Below, piece by piece: positions 10,501-19,454 of a stretch of DNA of 30,410 nucleotides (positions are counted from its first letter, which is position 1; the number at the start of each line of letters is the position of its first letter). The notes under the pieces are model-generated. The model was not told where the DNA came from. It made no database searches and was given only the letters and a program-made list of their open reading frames with translations. Origin of the DNA: a virus (Duplodnaviria; Caudoviricetes); IMG/VR virus record IMGVR_UViG_3300034374_010724, positions 1-30,410 of that record; one strand, written 5' to 3'. Position numbers and translations under genes: made by a program.

Positions 10501-13500
10501 CAACCTGCAGTTGGTTTACGTAATAGAATTTCTAATAAAATTCAAGTTGCTGATGGAAGTGATTACGGTACTATCCTTTCAAACCAAATTAGTATCCAAC
10601 AAGACTACCAAATCAGTAGAAGTTATACAGAAGATATTAACAGTTTAGAAGTAGCATTCTCACCTCAAGATGAGGTAAATGATGATATTATTCAAACATT
10701 TGGTTTTGGTGTGGTAGCTGACAGTTTAGCTGATCCTAGATTCCTTTCAGAATCGGTTGATTACTATCCTCAATTAAGAAGAACAGCTGAATACTATTTC
10801 CAAAAATATACAAAAGGTAATGTTTATGATTATTTAAGATTAATCAAATATTATGATGATTCAATCTTTAAAGCAATTAAATCGTATGTTCCTGCTCGTA
10901 CAAATGTTTCTACAGGTATTGTAATTAAACAACATTTACTTGAAAGAAATAGATACCCATTACCTACATTAAACGAAACTACTACAGTAGCTCGTTATGC
11001 TTCAGGTTCAGGAGCGAACATTACTTATAACAATCCAATCAACTATGAAAACCTTGAATTAACTTCAAGCATTTCAGTTGGCTCATTTAGTGGTGGTGCT
11101 GGAGGATCAGCAAATCAATATAATGTTCCTGCCGGATATTTTAGACTTCAAGATAATGATCCTTCTAGCCCATACACTTTAAACTCAGGTAGTGCCACTA
11201 GAATATTTACAAATCCTACCTATAGCTGGATTGACACTAGAGAAGACACTTTCCTAGATGTATCTTCTTCATTAATTGATTTGGGTAATGGGTTTACAAA
11301 TACTGATGGTGAATTTACAAACTATACTACTAATGATTATACAGGAAATATATTATTTGCTGTTAGAAACTTAAATGCCGGTTCAGGTAGTGTCGTAGCT
11401 AATGTTGAAGTAGCTTTAAATGAAGTAGGTACTGGAGTAATTGCTACTCAAACTCGTTATTTACCTTTAGGTACTACTGTTGATTATGGGTTTAGAGATA
11501 TAACTTTTAAATCTAAAAAAACATACTATTTCACCTTAACCTCAGATGCAAACACTGTAGTAAGAAGATTAACAGCTCAATTTGATAATAATGCTTCAAC
11601 TAATTGGGGTGGTCAAGCATATCCTGATAGTAATGTTAATGTTACTGGATTAACTGAATTTACCAATCATAATGAATCTGAATTCTTTGATGGTGAATAT
11701 AGTGGTAGTGAATTTGCAGCAACAACCCAATCATTATTTAATAATCCATTTACTAAACCTTCAACTACTGAAACTACATATAATTTCTTGGTAGGTGAAT
11801 ATGGTCCTATTTTAGATTATGGTAATACTAAAATTGATGTAAAGTTTTGGGATTCTGTTATTGATACTTTTGAAACAACAGTTCGTCCCTACAACCCAGG
11901 ATCTGGTACAGGTTCAGCAATTTGGATAACCCAATCAGCTAATGGTGTTTCTACCCCTCAAAATTATTATGAAGTAGTAGCTATAGCTTTATTAGATAGT
12001 GATGGAGCTAACACTGTTATAGGAGGTGGGTGGTATGAGGTTGGGACTGAAGGAAATATTTACCCAAGTGAATCATATTATTGGGCTAACCAAGTTACTT
12101 GGGACAGTGCTCCAATGGTTCGTTTTGATATCAATGGTGCTATATCAGCAGGTAGTGTAGATACTGATACAGAATCATCAGGAATTCCACTTACAGATAT
12201 TGTTCTTCAAGGTTTAAAAATTAAACAACAAGATGATTTAGCCGCCTCTTCAGGGTATGGTTATAGATTTTACTATACAGGAGATGGAGAATATCTTGAT
12301 ACCCCTGGTGATCAAGGTTCTTCAAGATGGATTCTTGGAACAGATCCTACGTTTGCATTATCTGAAGGAGCATATTCTTCATATTTAAAATATTTTAGTA
12401 CAGCTGTACTTACTTTTGGAGGTAGTGGACTAGGAGCTACTAGTTCTTTAGGGTATGCTATTAAAAATAGTGCTTCTGTTAGTGAAGGTATTGTTTATTA
12501 TGCTCCTGCTAATTATTACCATACAGGTAGCGAATTAAACAGATGGAAACCTTTTGGGTTATGTTTAAATGCTGTTGATGTTAATAATAACGACAATACT
12601 TCTACTTTAAATTATAGTGGCTCACAAATTGAATTTGCACTTTCTGCTTCTGGAACTTCTTTTGTAGATGGTACTGGGTTAAATAGCTTTATTATAAACT
12701 CAGACTATATCCCAGTTTTATCAAAAACCTACAGCTCAACTAATAACTCTTTCTTATACAAGTATAATTTACTTAACACTAGTAGGAATAATTCTAGAGT
12801 TGGTGATGAAACTTCATTAGTAAGTTTTGATCCTTATATTTCTTCTTTAGGAGTTAATTTTGAAAATTCGGTTTATTATGCTACTCCTAATAACTACAAC
12901 GAAAATAGAAACAATTCATTTATATACGATGTAGATTATTCTACAAATGCTACTACAGCTACTAACCGTATAGCAGTTATCTCAGGTTCAGCCACTCCAG
13001 CTGAAGTACCTGATAGTAATTACACTATGCGCAGAATTATTAATCCTAGATATGATGGGTGTGAGGTAGCAAGTGCTGATTATAACTTCTATACCCCTTC
13101 TACTTCAAGTGTAAATTTCCTTTCGGGGGGATCTGGAAGTTGGGGTGGTGATACCACTGGTGGTAAATTTGGTAAAGTTGCAGCTGTTGACAAACATCCT
13201 ATTTATTTTGCCCATTTTAAAAATTCAAAAGAAAATTACGAACTTTGGGATTCTTATACTTTTAGATTAGATGCCTTAATTCAAGTACCTTCTAATGATA
13301 TCTCAGGAACTAATATTGTTCCTAAAGTATATAAATTAGATGGTTCAAATGAAAGATTAGATGAAGTATCTTCTATATTTGAAAAAGGGAGAAATGCTAT
13401 TGTAGCATATGATAAAAATATTTTTAATGGTATTGACTACTCATCTTTAACAGTAGGATCTTCTGAAATTTTACAAGGTGGTCTTGAATATAATGCTGTA

Positions 13501-14454
13501 CTTACCAACGAAATTTCTGAGGTTGAATTTAAAGATACTTGTTCATTTATTTCCTCTAGTTGGGGTGAAATGAGGTATGGTACTAGCTACACAACTTCCC
13601 CATATGTTAACTTACAACTCCTCTCGGGTGGTAATGAGGGTAGAGATTATTTCTTAGAAACAGGAAGTGGTCATTTCCTTCTTCAAGGTGGTGGTTTATT
13701 AATTAGTTCTTCTTACGAACCAACTTCCGGGATAAGAGTTCAACAAAGAGGTCCTGGGTTAGGTTTAGTTCACACCCTGAATATAGCTATTTCTAATTCA
13801 CTTCAATTAGTAGCAAACACAGGTTCTACTGCTGTCGGAAGATTAGGGATGCCTAGATCTGGATCATTACCTTATAAAAAATTAAATCCAAATCTTCCAA
13901 GTAATTATATTAGGTTTGCTCCAATCTCAGCTTCAGGTGTAGATACTTACGAAGATTTTGATTTACCATTTATTATTAAAAAAGGTGATGAAATTAGAGT
14001 TACATGGAATCAAACCACAGCTACAAGAGCATTATTTGAAACTCAAGATTTTATAGTAACTGATGTCCGTACCTCAGCATCAGCATTATCCGCAGCATAT
14101 GGTGATGATTATAATATTTCAACTTATAATCCAATCTACAATCATGATGTTTTTCATAGTTCTATTTGGAATACTATTAATGTAACACCTGACCCTTCAA
14201 CATTTAATATTCCTGCTGGGGAAGTATTTAATTTTACTATTAGAAGAAGAGTAAATGCTGATGATAGAGCAGTGATTTTCCAATCACCTCCATCTGGTTC
14301 TTTAGGAATTAAAACCCCTTCAGGACAAGGATATTTAATACCCAATGATTTATCAGCGGTACAAAAACGAAATGTTCAAACAATCATTACTCAACTTAAA
14401 TCTAGAAATCTATTTTTAGATACATTAGATGTTGAACAAACGTCCTCAACTTAA
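7558..14454 (+). CDS. giant baseplate wedge/tail fibre-like structural protein (2298 aa)
   Basis: Contains KKKGTISGLRQLINIWGIP (9304-9360), resembling the gp7/P2 gpI 'KGT..GL' wedge motif, followed by a LamG/ConA-like stretch (SIQFRFKT...WWSVML...SGSLQEFRYY); Ser/Thr/Gly/Asn-rich; baseplate context. Confidence 0.65.
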   Translation: MASEVTASIIPVTPSDLFPNGYELDESVVPSEVIDSYFDPNLNRVEFWIYDLSLNFLEGSSNFDGWYISNKSSTGENISLVNELSLDPVANLSSFGYSTGQLYTVYNFVNNELASSEDKQYYISEISSDRTELRLETNFITGEEIVKGFQDLTQKLDDPKYFDEFYLNFGNNDLIIGVNILLDTTGPEEYSILVKLYEPLPESFGLKDELYVVTKVAETSTFQVVFPNNVNVSSNLKYIQGPNVNLEIKDFVNNSTELKSKSELLSTTSSGSKDNLLNVLNQKGVKITPNYSYNTFNEFVNFSSAKKRIENFVEKLEQIQAYEADLDALATITGSTSASFQVSSSIASAYSKVEDIIKNFDGYEYYLYYNTSSLSYPKTGSSFPYTPLPTTDVSVSVWLGSDIEGSQYYGGILLSASLYDNNNQNWLYYTIPEFIRDNSDNNQYIEFSNMVGQHFDEIWLYTKAVSQRINTTSELEKGIPLKLAEEAVKSLGYQGFGNNYNNEGNYIGLTGENNGVYVPPTGSELITNYIAVNNGSIVNYWVLDYSYADYVQQLLDPGYPYPIDSVSKEIFKRLYHNMSYLVKKKGTISGLRQLINIWGIPNTILRINEFGGKNKDNSDDYDLWYNRYSYEFSPISTQHMPSASVVFPWMPLYRNYISSSEEIVPDSIQFRFKTTGYPSSSFGGEFFTQSLLVKKSDGDDTSTDFDFGIALFYTGSTSGSYSGSYTNEYNDWGLMRFYMSGSSADGGVAVSNDIYLPFFNKGWWSVMLQRNQHVSASDNNNATTYTLYAKNKIYNGFDGNTIGFEGSASITSNISESINDAWNKYGTGSADGVYLGGFISGSQVGGVTLNESGKIISGSLQEFRYYAYAISESIFNDFVMNPESIEGINLTGSLSSFDIVNFRAPLGNELESLFTSSLSSSYTESMTSMHPAITGAAAILVTESFYNPGTQVSSSNYDIIYYENSTLRTFSKTNTEVYFLDQPAVGLRNRISNKIQVADGSDYGTILSNQISIQQDYQISRSYTEDINSLEVAFSPQDEVNDDIIQTFGFGVVADSLADPRFLSESVDYYPQLRRTAEYYFQKYTKGNVYDYLRLIKYYDDSIFKAIKSYVPARTNVSTGIVIKQHLLERNRYPLPTLNETTTVARYASGSGANITYNNPINYENLELTSSISVGSFSGGAGGSANQYNVPAGYFRLQDNDPSSPYTLNSGSATRIFTNPTYSWIDTREDTFLDVSSSLIDLGNGFTNTDGEFTNYTTNDYTGNILFAVRNLNAGSGSVVANVEVALNEVGTGVIATQTRYLPLGTTVDYGFRDITFKSKKTYYFTLTSDANTVVRRLTAQFDNNASTNWGGQAYPDSNVNVTGLTEFTNHNESEFFDGEYSGSEFAATTQSLFNNPFTKPSTTETTYNFLVGEYGPILDYGNTKIDVKFWDSVIDTFETTVRPYNPGSGTGSAIWITQSANGVSTPQNYYEVVAIALLDSDGANTVIGGGWYEVGTEGNIYPSESYYWANQVTWDSAPMVRFDINGAISAGSVDTDTESSGIPLTDIVLQGLKIKQQDDLAASSGYGYRFYYTGDGEYLDTPGDQGSSRWILGTDPTFALSEGAYSSYLKYFSTAVLTFGGSGLGATSSLGYAIKNSASVSEGIVYYAPANYYHTGSELNRWKPFGLCLNAVDVNNNDNTSTLNYSGSQIEFALSASGTSFVDGTGLNSFIINSDYIPVLSKTYSSTNNSFLYKYNLLNTSRNNSRVGDETSLVSFDPYISSLGVNFENSVYYATPNNYNENRNNSFIYDVDYSTNATTATNRIAVISGSATPAEVPDSNYTMRRIINPRYDGCEVASADYNFYTPSTSSVNFLSGGSGSWGGDTTGGKFGKVAAVDKHPIYFAHFKNSKENYELWDSYTFRLDALIQVPSNDISGTNIVPKVYKLDGSNERLDEVSSIFEKGRNAIVAYDKNIFNGIDYSSLTVGSSEILQGGLEYNAVLTNEISEVEFKDTCSFISSSWGEMRYGTSYTTSPYVNLQLLSGGNEGRDYFLETGSGHFLLQGGGLLISSSYEPTSGIRVQQRGPGLGLVHTLNIAISNSLQLVANTGSTAVGRLGMPRSGSLPYKKLNPNLPSNYIRFAPISASGVDTYEDFDLPFIIKKGDEIRVTWNQTTATRALFETQDFIVTDVRTSASALSAAYGDDYNISTYNPIYNHDVFHSSIWNTINVTPDPSTFNIPAGEVFNFTIRRRVNADDRAVIFQSPPSGSLGIKTPSGQGYLIPNDLSAVQKRNVQTIITQLKSRNLFLDTLDVEQTSST

Positions 14455-14462
14455 CAACTAAA

Positions 14463-14500
14463 TTTGGATAGAAACTAAAAAAACGTATATTTATAAATAA
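14463..14500 (+). promoter_or_regulatory. putative composite promoter: TTTG-N17-CGTATATT overlapping ATATTTATAAATAA
   Basis: Late motif at 14487-14500, 26 nt before ATG 14513. TTTG at 14463 and CGTATATT at 14484 have the same spacing as at 17701/17722. Confidence 0.55.
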
Positions 14501-14512
14501 AATAATCTAACA

Positions 14513-15181
14513 ATGGGATATTTAAATAACCAAGTAGTAACAATTGATGCCATCCTTACTAAAAAGGGAAGAGAATTACTCTCGAAAGGTGATGGTTCTT
14601 TCAAGATTACTCAATTTGCTCTAAGTGATGATGAAATCGATTATACCTTGTATAATCCAAATCACCCCTCAGGTTCTGCTTACTATGGTGAGGCGATTGA
14701 AAACATGCCTTTAATGGAAGCTTTTCCTGATGAAACCCAAATCATGAAATATAAATTAGCTACATTACCTCGTGGTACAGCTAAAATGCCTGTTTTAGAT
14801 GTTGGTAGAAGCAGTGTTATTTTAAAACAAAATGCTCCTTCAAATATTACACCATCAACATTAAATTACTTGGGTAATAACCAAACAACCGAAAGTTCAG
14901 GTTATACCTTTACAATTTCTGATATTAGATTATTCTCAACATTTGAAGGAACTGGAATTGATACTAAAGCTTCTCAAGCATTAAACTCAACTTCAACTAA
15001 TGGTACCAATGTATCTAAAACAGTAATTGGAACTACATTGAATATGAGAGCAACAGGTGTTAATACATTATTTGGTAGTCAAACTACTTTATATGCTACA
15101 TTAACAATTGTTGGTAGAGACAGTGGTGCAAGATTGCAAATCCCAGTAGAGATTAGAAAAACAAATACAACAACTGCATAA
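14513..15181 (+). CDS. tail/baseplate structural protein (tail-collar-fibre N-terminal-like)
   Basis: AILTKKGRELLSKG...FKITQFALSDD resembles the start of P2 gpH/DUF3751 domains (ILT..G...LA...ITxxAxGD). Confidence 0.55.
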   Translation: MGYLNNQVVTIDAILTKKGRELLSKGDGSFKITQFALSDDEIDYTLYNPNHPSGSAYYGEAIENMPLMEAFPDETQIMKYKLATLPRGTAKMPVLDVGRSSVILKQNAPSNITPSTLNYLGNNQTTESSGYTFTISDIRLFSTFEGTGIDTKASQALNSTSTNGTNVSKTVIGTTLNMRATGVNTLFGSQTTLYATLTIVGRDSGARLQIPVEIRKTNTTTA

Positions 15182-15201
15182 GCTATATAACACTATAAGA
15201 T

Positions 15202-16230
15202 ATGGGATTTTCATTATTACAACCTGAAGATTTAGTACTAAGTAACGATTCTGTTACCGCTGCTATATGGAGCAATAATACTCCAACACTAACTTCTTTT
15301 TATACTTCATCAACTCAAGTAGTTAGCAGCACCTCAGAATTTTTCTTTTCAGTTTACCAAACTGCATCTACTGATTCAACAGCTGCTGTACAATTTAACA
15401 TTGCATATTGTGATGCTGATGGTAGTGGTAGTACATTTTACAATGCTTTAGTAACAGGTTCAACACCTACTAAATCAAACTATGGTCAATATCGTACTTT
15501 GATTTTAGGAGATGAAAACGCAAGCTTCATCTTTGGTAACTATTCTGCATCTTATTTTTATGCTATCAACGTAGAAAGAGCAAGATATAAAGAAAAATTA
15601 TTCCCTGGTACAATGACTCTCCATCTTTCAGGTTCAGGAGGTATTGTTAAATTAACAGATGATAGTGTTGTTGCTTCTTCAGTAACCTATACTGATGCCG
15701 GTAGAAAATATAACCTAGTTTCAGGCTCAGCTGGAACAGTTTACACAGGTTCAAATGCTAATGGTTGGGCTGATTCAGGTTCATATGGTTGGGTGTTACC
15801 TGATATTGGAGTAATTTTATTAAATGGTGAAGCTTTAAGTGGATCTATGTCTGTAGGTGGTATTTCACTTCCAACAACACGTTCATTTGATTCAGGATCA
15901 TTTAACCAAGCTAAAATTGTAAACTCTTTAAATATTGCTGGAGCTGCCGGATCCGGATTTACTCTAAACTCAGAAGAAACACTTTCATCTGATTTTATTT
16001 TCGTTAGAGCTAGAAACAGTGAATTTAACTATTCAGAAAACCCATCATTTATTTCGGGTTCTACTGGTGAAGTATTATTTAATTCATTTATTGATAACCC
16101 TAAAACCTATATTACCACAGTAGGACTTTACAACGATAATAACGAACTCTTAGCTGTAGCGAAGTTGTCAAGACCTTTACCAAAAGATTTTACAAAAGAG
16201 CTACTTGTGAGAGTTAAGCTAGACTTCTAA
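15202..16230 (+). CDS. tail/baseplate structural protein
   Basis: C-terminal YITTVGLYNDNNELLAVAKLSRPLPK resembles the end of DUF3751-type domains; Ser/Gly/Thr-rich; paralogous to the next gene. Confidence 0.6.
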   Translation: MGFSLLQPEDLVLSNDSVTAAIWSNNTPTLTSFYTSSTQVVSSTSEFFFSVYQTASTDSTAAVQFNIAYCDADGSGSTFYNALVTGSTPTKSNYGQYRTLILGDENASFIFGNYSASYFYAINVERARYKEKLFPGTMTLHLSGSGGIVKLTDDSVVASSVTYTDAGRKYNLVSGSAGTVYTGSNANGWADSGSYGWVLPDIGVILLNGEALSGSMSVGGISLPTTRSFDSGSFNQAKIVNSLNIAGAAGSGFTLNSEETLSSDFIFVRARNSEFNYSENPSFISGSTGEVLFNSFIDNPKTYITTVGLYNDNNELLAVAKLSRPLPKDFTKELLVRVKLDF

Positions 16231-16235
16231 AATGA

Positions 16236-17252
16236 ATGAGTGCGTTCAAACAATTTACAACGAAGGATGTTGCTATAACACCATTTGATGCTATTAAAGG
16301 ATTTTCTTTTAGTGGTAATGAGATAACTGGTTCTACCGTTGGAATTGAAGTCTATCAGGGAATAAAACCAACATCATCAGTTTTTATATCCCAGTCTGAA
16401 CAACCTACAGGATTAGTTTTTATACAAAATACTACGGGTATTTACTCTAGTATTAAACAATTATATTATTCAAACTATTTAACCTCAAGTTTAGGAGATA
16501 CAGTTCCTACACGAAGTATTATAGCAGGTGCTACTCCTGAAGACCTTAGGTATGTAGGTGCTATTGAAGCTCCTAGATATGAAAATTATCTTCAATCAAC
16601 TCTAACCCAATCAAGATATTTTCCAACAGGATCAGGGGATAAAATCTCCGTAGTTTCTGTACCTGCTAAATTATTTGGTGAAAATATTGTTCCTTATACA
16701 TTTGAGGTAGAATATACTAACTCTTTAGGATTAGCTGCTAAAGTTATTGATGATGGGGAAGGTAATCTTAAAGTATTATCAACATCAGGTTCTATAGCTG
16801 CTTATGGGGCAGGAGCTTATGGAGCTGGAAGTTATGGGTCACTAACCGGTCTTAATTCTGGGAGTATTGTAGGTCAAGTATTTTATTCTCATGGTATAGC
16901 AACATTTACTACTAGTTCCCTTATTACAATGGGTGGTGAAGTAAGTGAATCTGTTGCTAATTTAGCTAATTTTACAGTTAATTTTTCATCCTCATTTAGA
17001 TTATACGAACATCAATATAAGTGTGGTATTAGAAATAATGAATTTGATTTCTCTCTTAACCCAACTTTACTCTCAGGCAGTGCTGATGATGTTTATTATG
17101 ATTTTGCAACAGGATCAGAATTTAATCCATATGTAACAACCATCGGCTTGTACGATGAAAATAATCAATTATTAGTAGTAGGAAAACTTTCATTTCCCGT
17201 ACCAATTTCTAGGTATGTAGATACTACTTTAATTGTTAATTTCGACACTTAA
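16236..17252 (+). CDS. tail/baseplate structural protein, paralog of 15202..16230
   Basis: Shares EFxxSxNP and YVTTIGLYDENNQLLVVGKLSFPV with the preceding protein. Confidence 0.6.
   Translation: MSAFKQFTTKDVAITPFDAIKGFSFSGNEITGSTVGIEVYQGIKPTSSVFISQSEQPTGLVFIQNTTGIYSSIKQLYYSNYLTSSLGDTVPTRSIIAGATPEDLRYVGAIEAPRYENYLQSTLTQSRYFPTGSGDKISVVSVPAKLFGENIVPYTFEVEYTNSLGLAAKVIDDGEGNLKVLSTSGSIAAYGAGAYGAGSYGSLTGLNSGSIVGQVFYSHGIATFTTSSLITMGGEVSESVANLANFTVNFSSSFRLYEHQYKCGIRNNEFDFSLNPTLLSGSADDVYYDFATGSEFNPYVTTIGLYDENNQLLVVGKLSFPVPISRYVDTTLIVNFDT
16800..16839 (+). repeat. short coding tandem repeat (AYGAG-AYGAG-SYG)
   Basis: gcttatggggcagga / gcttatggagctgga / agttatggg; 15-nt period. Confidence 0.7.
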
Positions 17253-17262
17253 AAAAACAATC

Positions 17263-17712
17263 ATGAACTGGATTTATCAAAATGAAGAAATGAAGGGAGT
17301 CTCTGACTTTCCTGATGAAACTTATGGCTTTGTTTATAGAATAGTTCACAAACCAACTGGCAAAGCTTATATTGGAAAAAAAATACTCCAAAACACAACT
17401 AAAGTAAAATTAACCAAAAAAGAATTAGCTGAATATGAAGGTGTAGTAGGTAGAAGACCTGCTTACAAACTCGCAGTTAAAGAATCAAATTGGAAATCAT
17501 ATTGGGGCTCTAACAAATACCTAAAAGAATTATACGAGACCGAACCAAAAGAAAATTTTGAACGTCATATTATAATTTGTGCCCCTACAAAAAAGTTATT
17601 AACTTATTATGAAGTAAAATACCAAATGGTATACCAAGTACTAGAAAAACCAGATGAATTCTTTAATGATAACATTCTTGGAAAGTTTTTTACACGTGAC
17701 TTTGATGTCTAA
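17263..17712 (+). CDS. GIY-YIG superfamily nuclease
   Basis: GFVYRIVHKPTGKAYIGKK, W-x-x-Y-W-G-S, FERHII, a conserved Glu (YYEVKYQ) and a C-terminal Asn (FFNDNI). Start moved to ATG 17263, which follows the upstream stop and an A-rich leader, rather than TTG 17233. Confidence 0.8.
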   Translation: MNWIYQNEEMKGVSDFPDETYGFVYRIVHKPTGKAYIGKKILQNTTKVKLTKKELAEYEGVVGRRPAYKLAVKESNWKSYWGSNKYLKELYETEPKENFERHIIICAPTKKLLTYYEVKYQMVYQVLEKPDEFFNDNILGKFFTRDFDV

Positions 17713-17729
17713 AAATGGTTTCGTATATT
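17701..17729 (+). promoter_or_regulatory. putative early/middle promoter TTTG-N17-CGTATATT
   Basis: Immediately upstream of the primase ATG (17737); lacks the late TTTATA extension; same spacing as the 14463 site. Confidence 0.4.
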
Positions 17730-17736
17730 ACCCTCT

Positions 17737-18663
17737 ATGGTAAATGAACTACTTGTTAATCTAGTTGATTCTGTCTTAGGTGCAGGGAAAAGAACAGCGA
17801 GGGGCAATAAAGCTTATCACTGTCCTTACTGCAACCACCATAAACCTAAACTAGAAGTCAATTTCACCCAGCATAAAAAAGGATATAATCCTTGGCATTG
17901 TTGGGCTTGTGATAAAAAAGGTAGTCGTATATCTCAAATCTTTAAAAAAGTAGGAGCATCATCTGAAAAATTTGAAGAATTAACCAAACTTATAGGTTCA
18001 GAAGTTGAATACAAACAAGTAACTACTTCTACAGAACTAAAACTTCCCGAAGAATTTAAACCAATTATAGGTAGTCGTGATATTGTAGCACGTCATGCTT
18101 TTGCTTATCTTAAAAATAGAGGCATTACAAGAGATGATATTGAAAAATATAATATTGGTTATTGCGAATCAGGTCGATATGCTAAAATGGTTATTATTCC
18201 ATCTTATGATGAAACAGGAAAATTAAACTATTTTACAGGTCGTTCATTTGAAAAGGATCCTTATGTAAAATATCGCAACCCAGAAACATCACGTGACATT
18301 GTACCATTTGAATTGTTTATAAACTGGAGTATACCGCTTATATTGTGCGAAGGACCATTTGATGCCATAGCCATTAAAAGAAATGCTATCCCGCTATTAG
18401 GCAAAAATATACAACAAAATTTAATGAAAAAAATCGTCACATCTGAAGTTGAAAAAATCTATATAGCTTTAGATACAGACGCCCAAAAGCAAGCCCTCAA
18501 GTTTGCTGAATATTTTATAAATCAAGGTAAGGAAGTCTATTTTATGGACTTAGATGGGAAAGACCCGAGTGAAATGGGATTTGAAAATTTCACAAAACTA
18601 ATTCAAAAAACGTTTCCAATAGATCAATATGGTTTGATGGAAAGGAAGCTACAACTACTATGA
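17737..18663 (+). CDS. DNA primase (DnaG-like, zinc finger + TOPRIM)
   Basis: CPYCNHH...WHCWAC zinc-binding domain, YLKNRGI, IGYC, VIIP, FTGR, KYRNP, and TOPRIM motifs CEGPFDA, IALDTDA, KDPSE. Confidence 0.92.
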   Translation: MVNELLVNLVDSVLGAGKRTARGNKAYHCPYCNHHKPKLEVNFTQHKKGYNPWHCWACDKKGSRISQIFKKVGASSEKFEELTKLIGSEVEYKQVTTSTELKLPEEFKPIIGSRDIVARHAFAYLKNRGITRDDIEKYNIGYCESGRYAKMVIIPSYDETGKLNYFTGRSFEKDPYVKYRNPETSRDIVPFELFINWSIPLILCEGPFDAIAIKRNAIPLLGKNIQQNLMKKIVTSEVEKIYIALDTDAQKQALKFAEYFINQGKEVYFMDLDGKDPSEMGFENFTKLIQKTFPIDQYGLMERKLQLL

Positions 18664-19433
18664 GTAAGAGAAACATTAAAAAGTCTTACGATCGTATCTT
18701 AGAAATTTCTGAAGATGCCAAGCAAATTACAATGCCTGATTCGCGCTATTATAGACGAAATGGCGAATATTACCCCTCAGTAACTTATGTTTTAGGAACT
18801 TACCCTAAAGGTAAGTATTTTGAAGACTGGCTAAAAAAAGTAGGTTATTCATCTGAATATATTGTTAAAAAAGCAGGGGAAGAAGGTACACAAGTTCATG
18901 AAATGATTGAAGCGTATTTAAACGGGGAAGAATTAAACTTCTTAGGTCCTCATGGTCGCCCCTTATATCATCCAGATGTTTGGCAAATGTTTTTACGTTT
19001 TGTTGAATGGTGGGAAGAATACAATCCTATACTAATCGAAACTGAAGTACACCTATTTTCAGATGAACTTAAAGTAGCAGGTACTTGTGATATGGTTTGT
19101 GAGATTGATGGTGAACTTTGGATTATCGACTTTAAAACATCTAATAATCTACAAACAACATATGATTTACAGGCAGCTGTTTATGGTCAAATGTATAAAG
19201 AATGTTATGGTAAAGAAGCAAACCGCTATGGTATCCTTTGGTTAAAATCTAACAAACGTAAGGGTGCAAGTGGTAAAATGCAAGGTAAAGGATGGGAAAT
19301 GTATGAGTCATCTCGTTCACAAGAAGAAAATCTTGATATTTTTAAAACAGTTAAAAAATTGTTTGATTTAGAAAACCCAACCCATAAACCTATTTTTACC
19401 CAATTTAAAACGCAAGTGAAACGAAAGTTGTGA
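18660..19433 (+). CDS. PD-(D/E)XK exonuclease (lambda-exo/RecB/Cas4-like fold)
   Basis: YPSVT, GTQVHEMIE, AGTCD, IIDFKTS and LQAAVY motifs; ATGA overlap with the primase. Confidence 0.88.
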   Translation: MSKRNIKKSYDRILEISEDAKQITMPDSRYYRRNGEYYPSVTYVLGTYPKGKYFEDWLKKVGYSSEYIVKKAGEEGTQVHEMIEAYLNGEELNFLGPHGRPLYHPDVWQMFLRFVEWWEEYNPILIETEVHLFSDELKVAGTCDMVCEIDGELWIIDFKTSNNLQTTYDLQAAVYGQMYKECYGKEANRYGILWLKSNKRKGASGKMQGKGWEMYESSRSQEENLDIFKTVKKLFDLENPTHKPIFTQFKTQVKRKL

Positions 19434-19441
19434 TATTTATA
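19433..19441 (+). promoter_or_regulatory. putative late promoter ATATTTATA
   Basis: Intergenic, 22 nt before ATG 19455. Confidence 0.55.
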
Positions 19442-19454
19442 TTAAAACACATTG

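Noticed and set aside
818-17252. Bacterial contractile injection system (eCIS/T6SS) or tailocin instead of a phage
   Set aside because: Adjacent phage-type primase and exonuclease, phage-style promoter motif, and no bacterial housekeeping or secretion genes.
17233-17262. TTG-initiated N-terminal extension of the GIY-YIG gene
   Set aside because: Overlaps the upstream gene; ATG 17263 has the typical A-rich context.
18660-19433. Cas4-like nuclease suggesting a CRISPR system
   Set aside because: No repeat-spacer array, no other cas genes and no four-Cys Fe-S pattern; it is coupled to the primase as a typical phage exonuclease.
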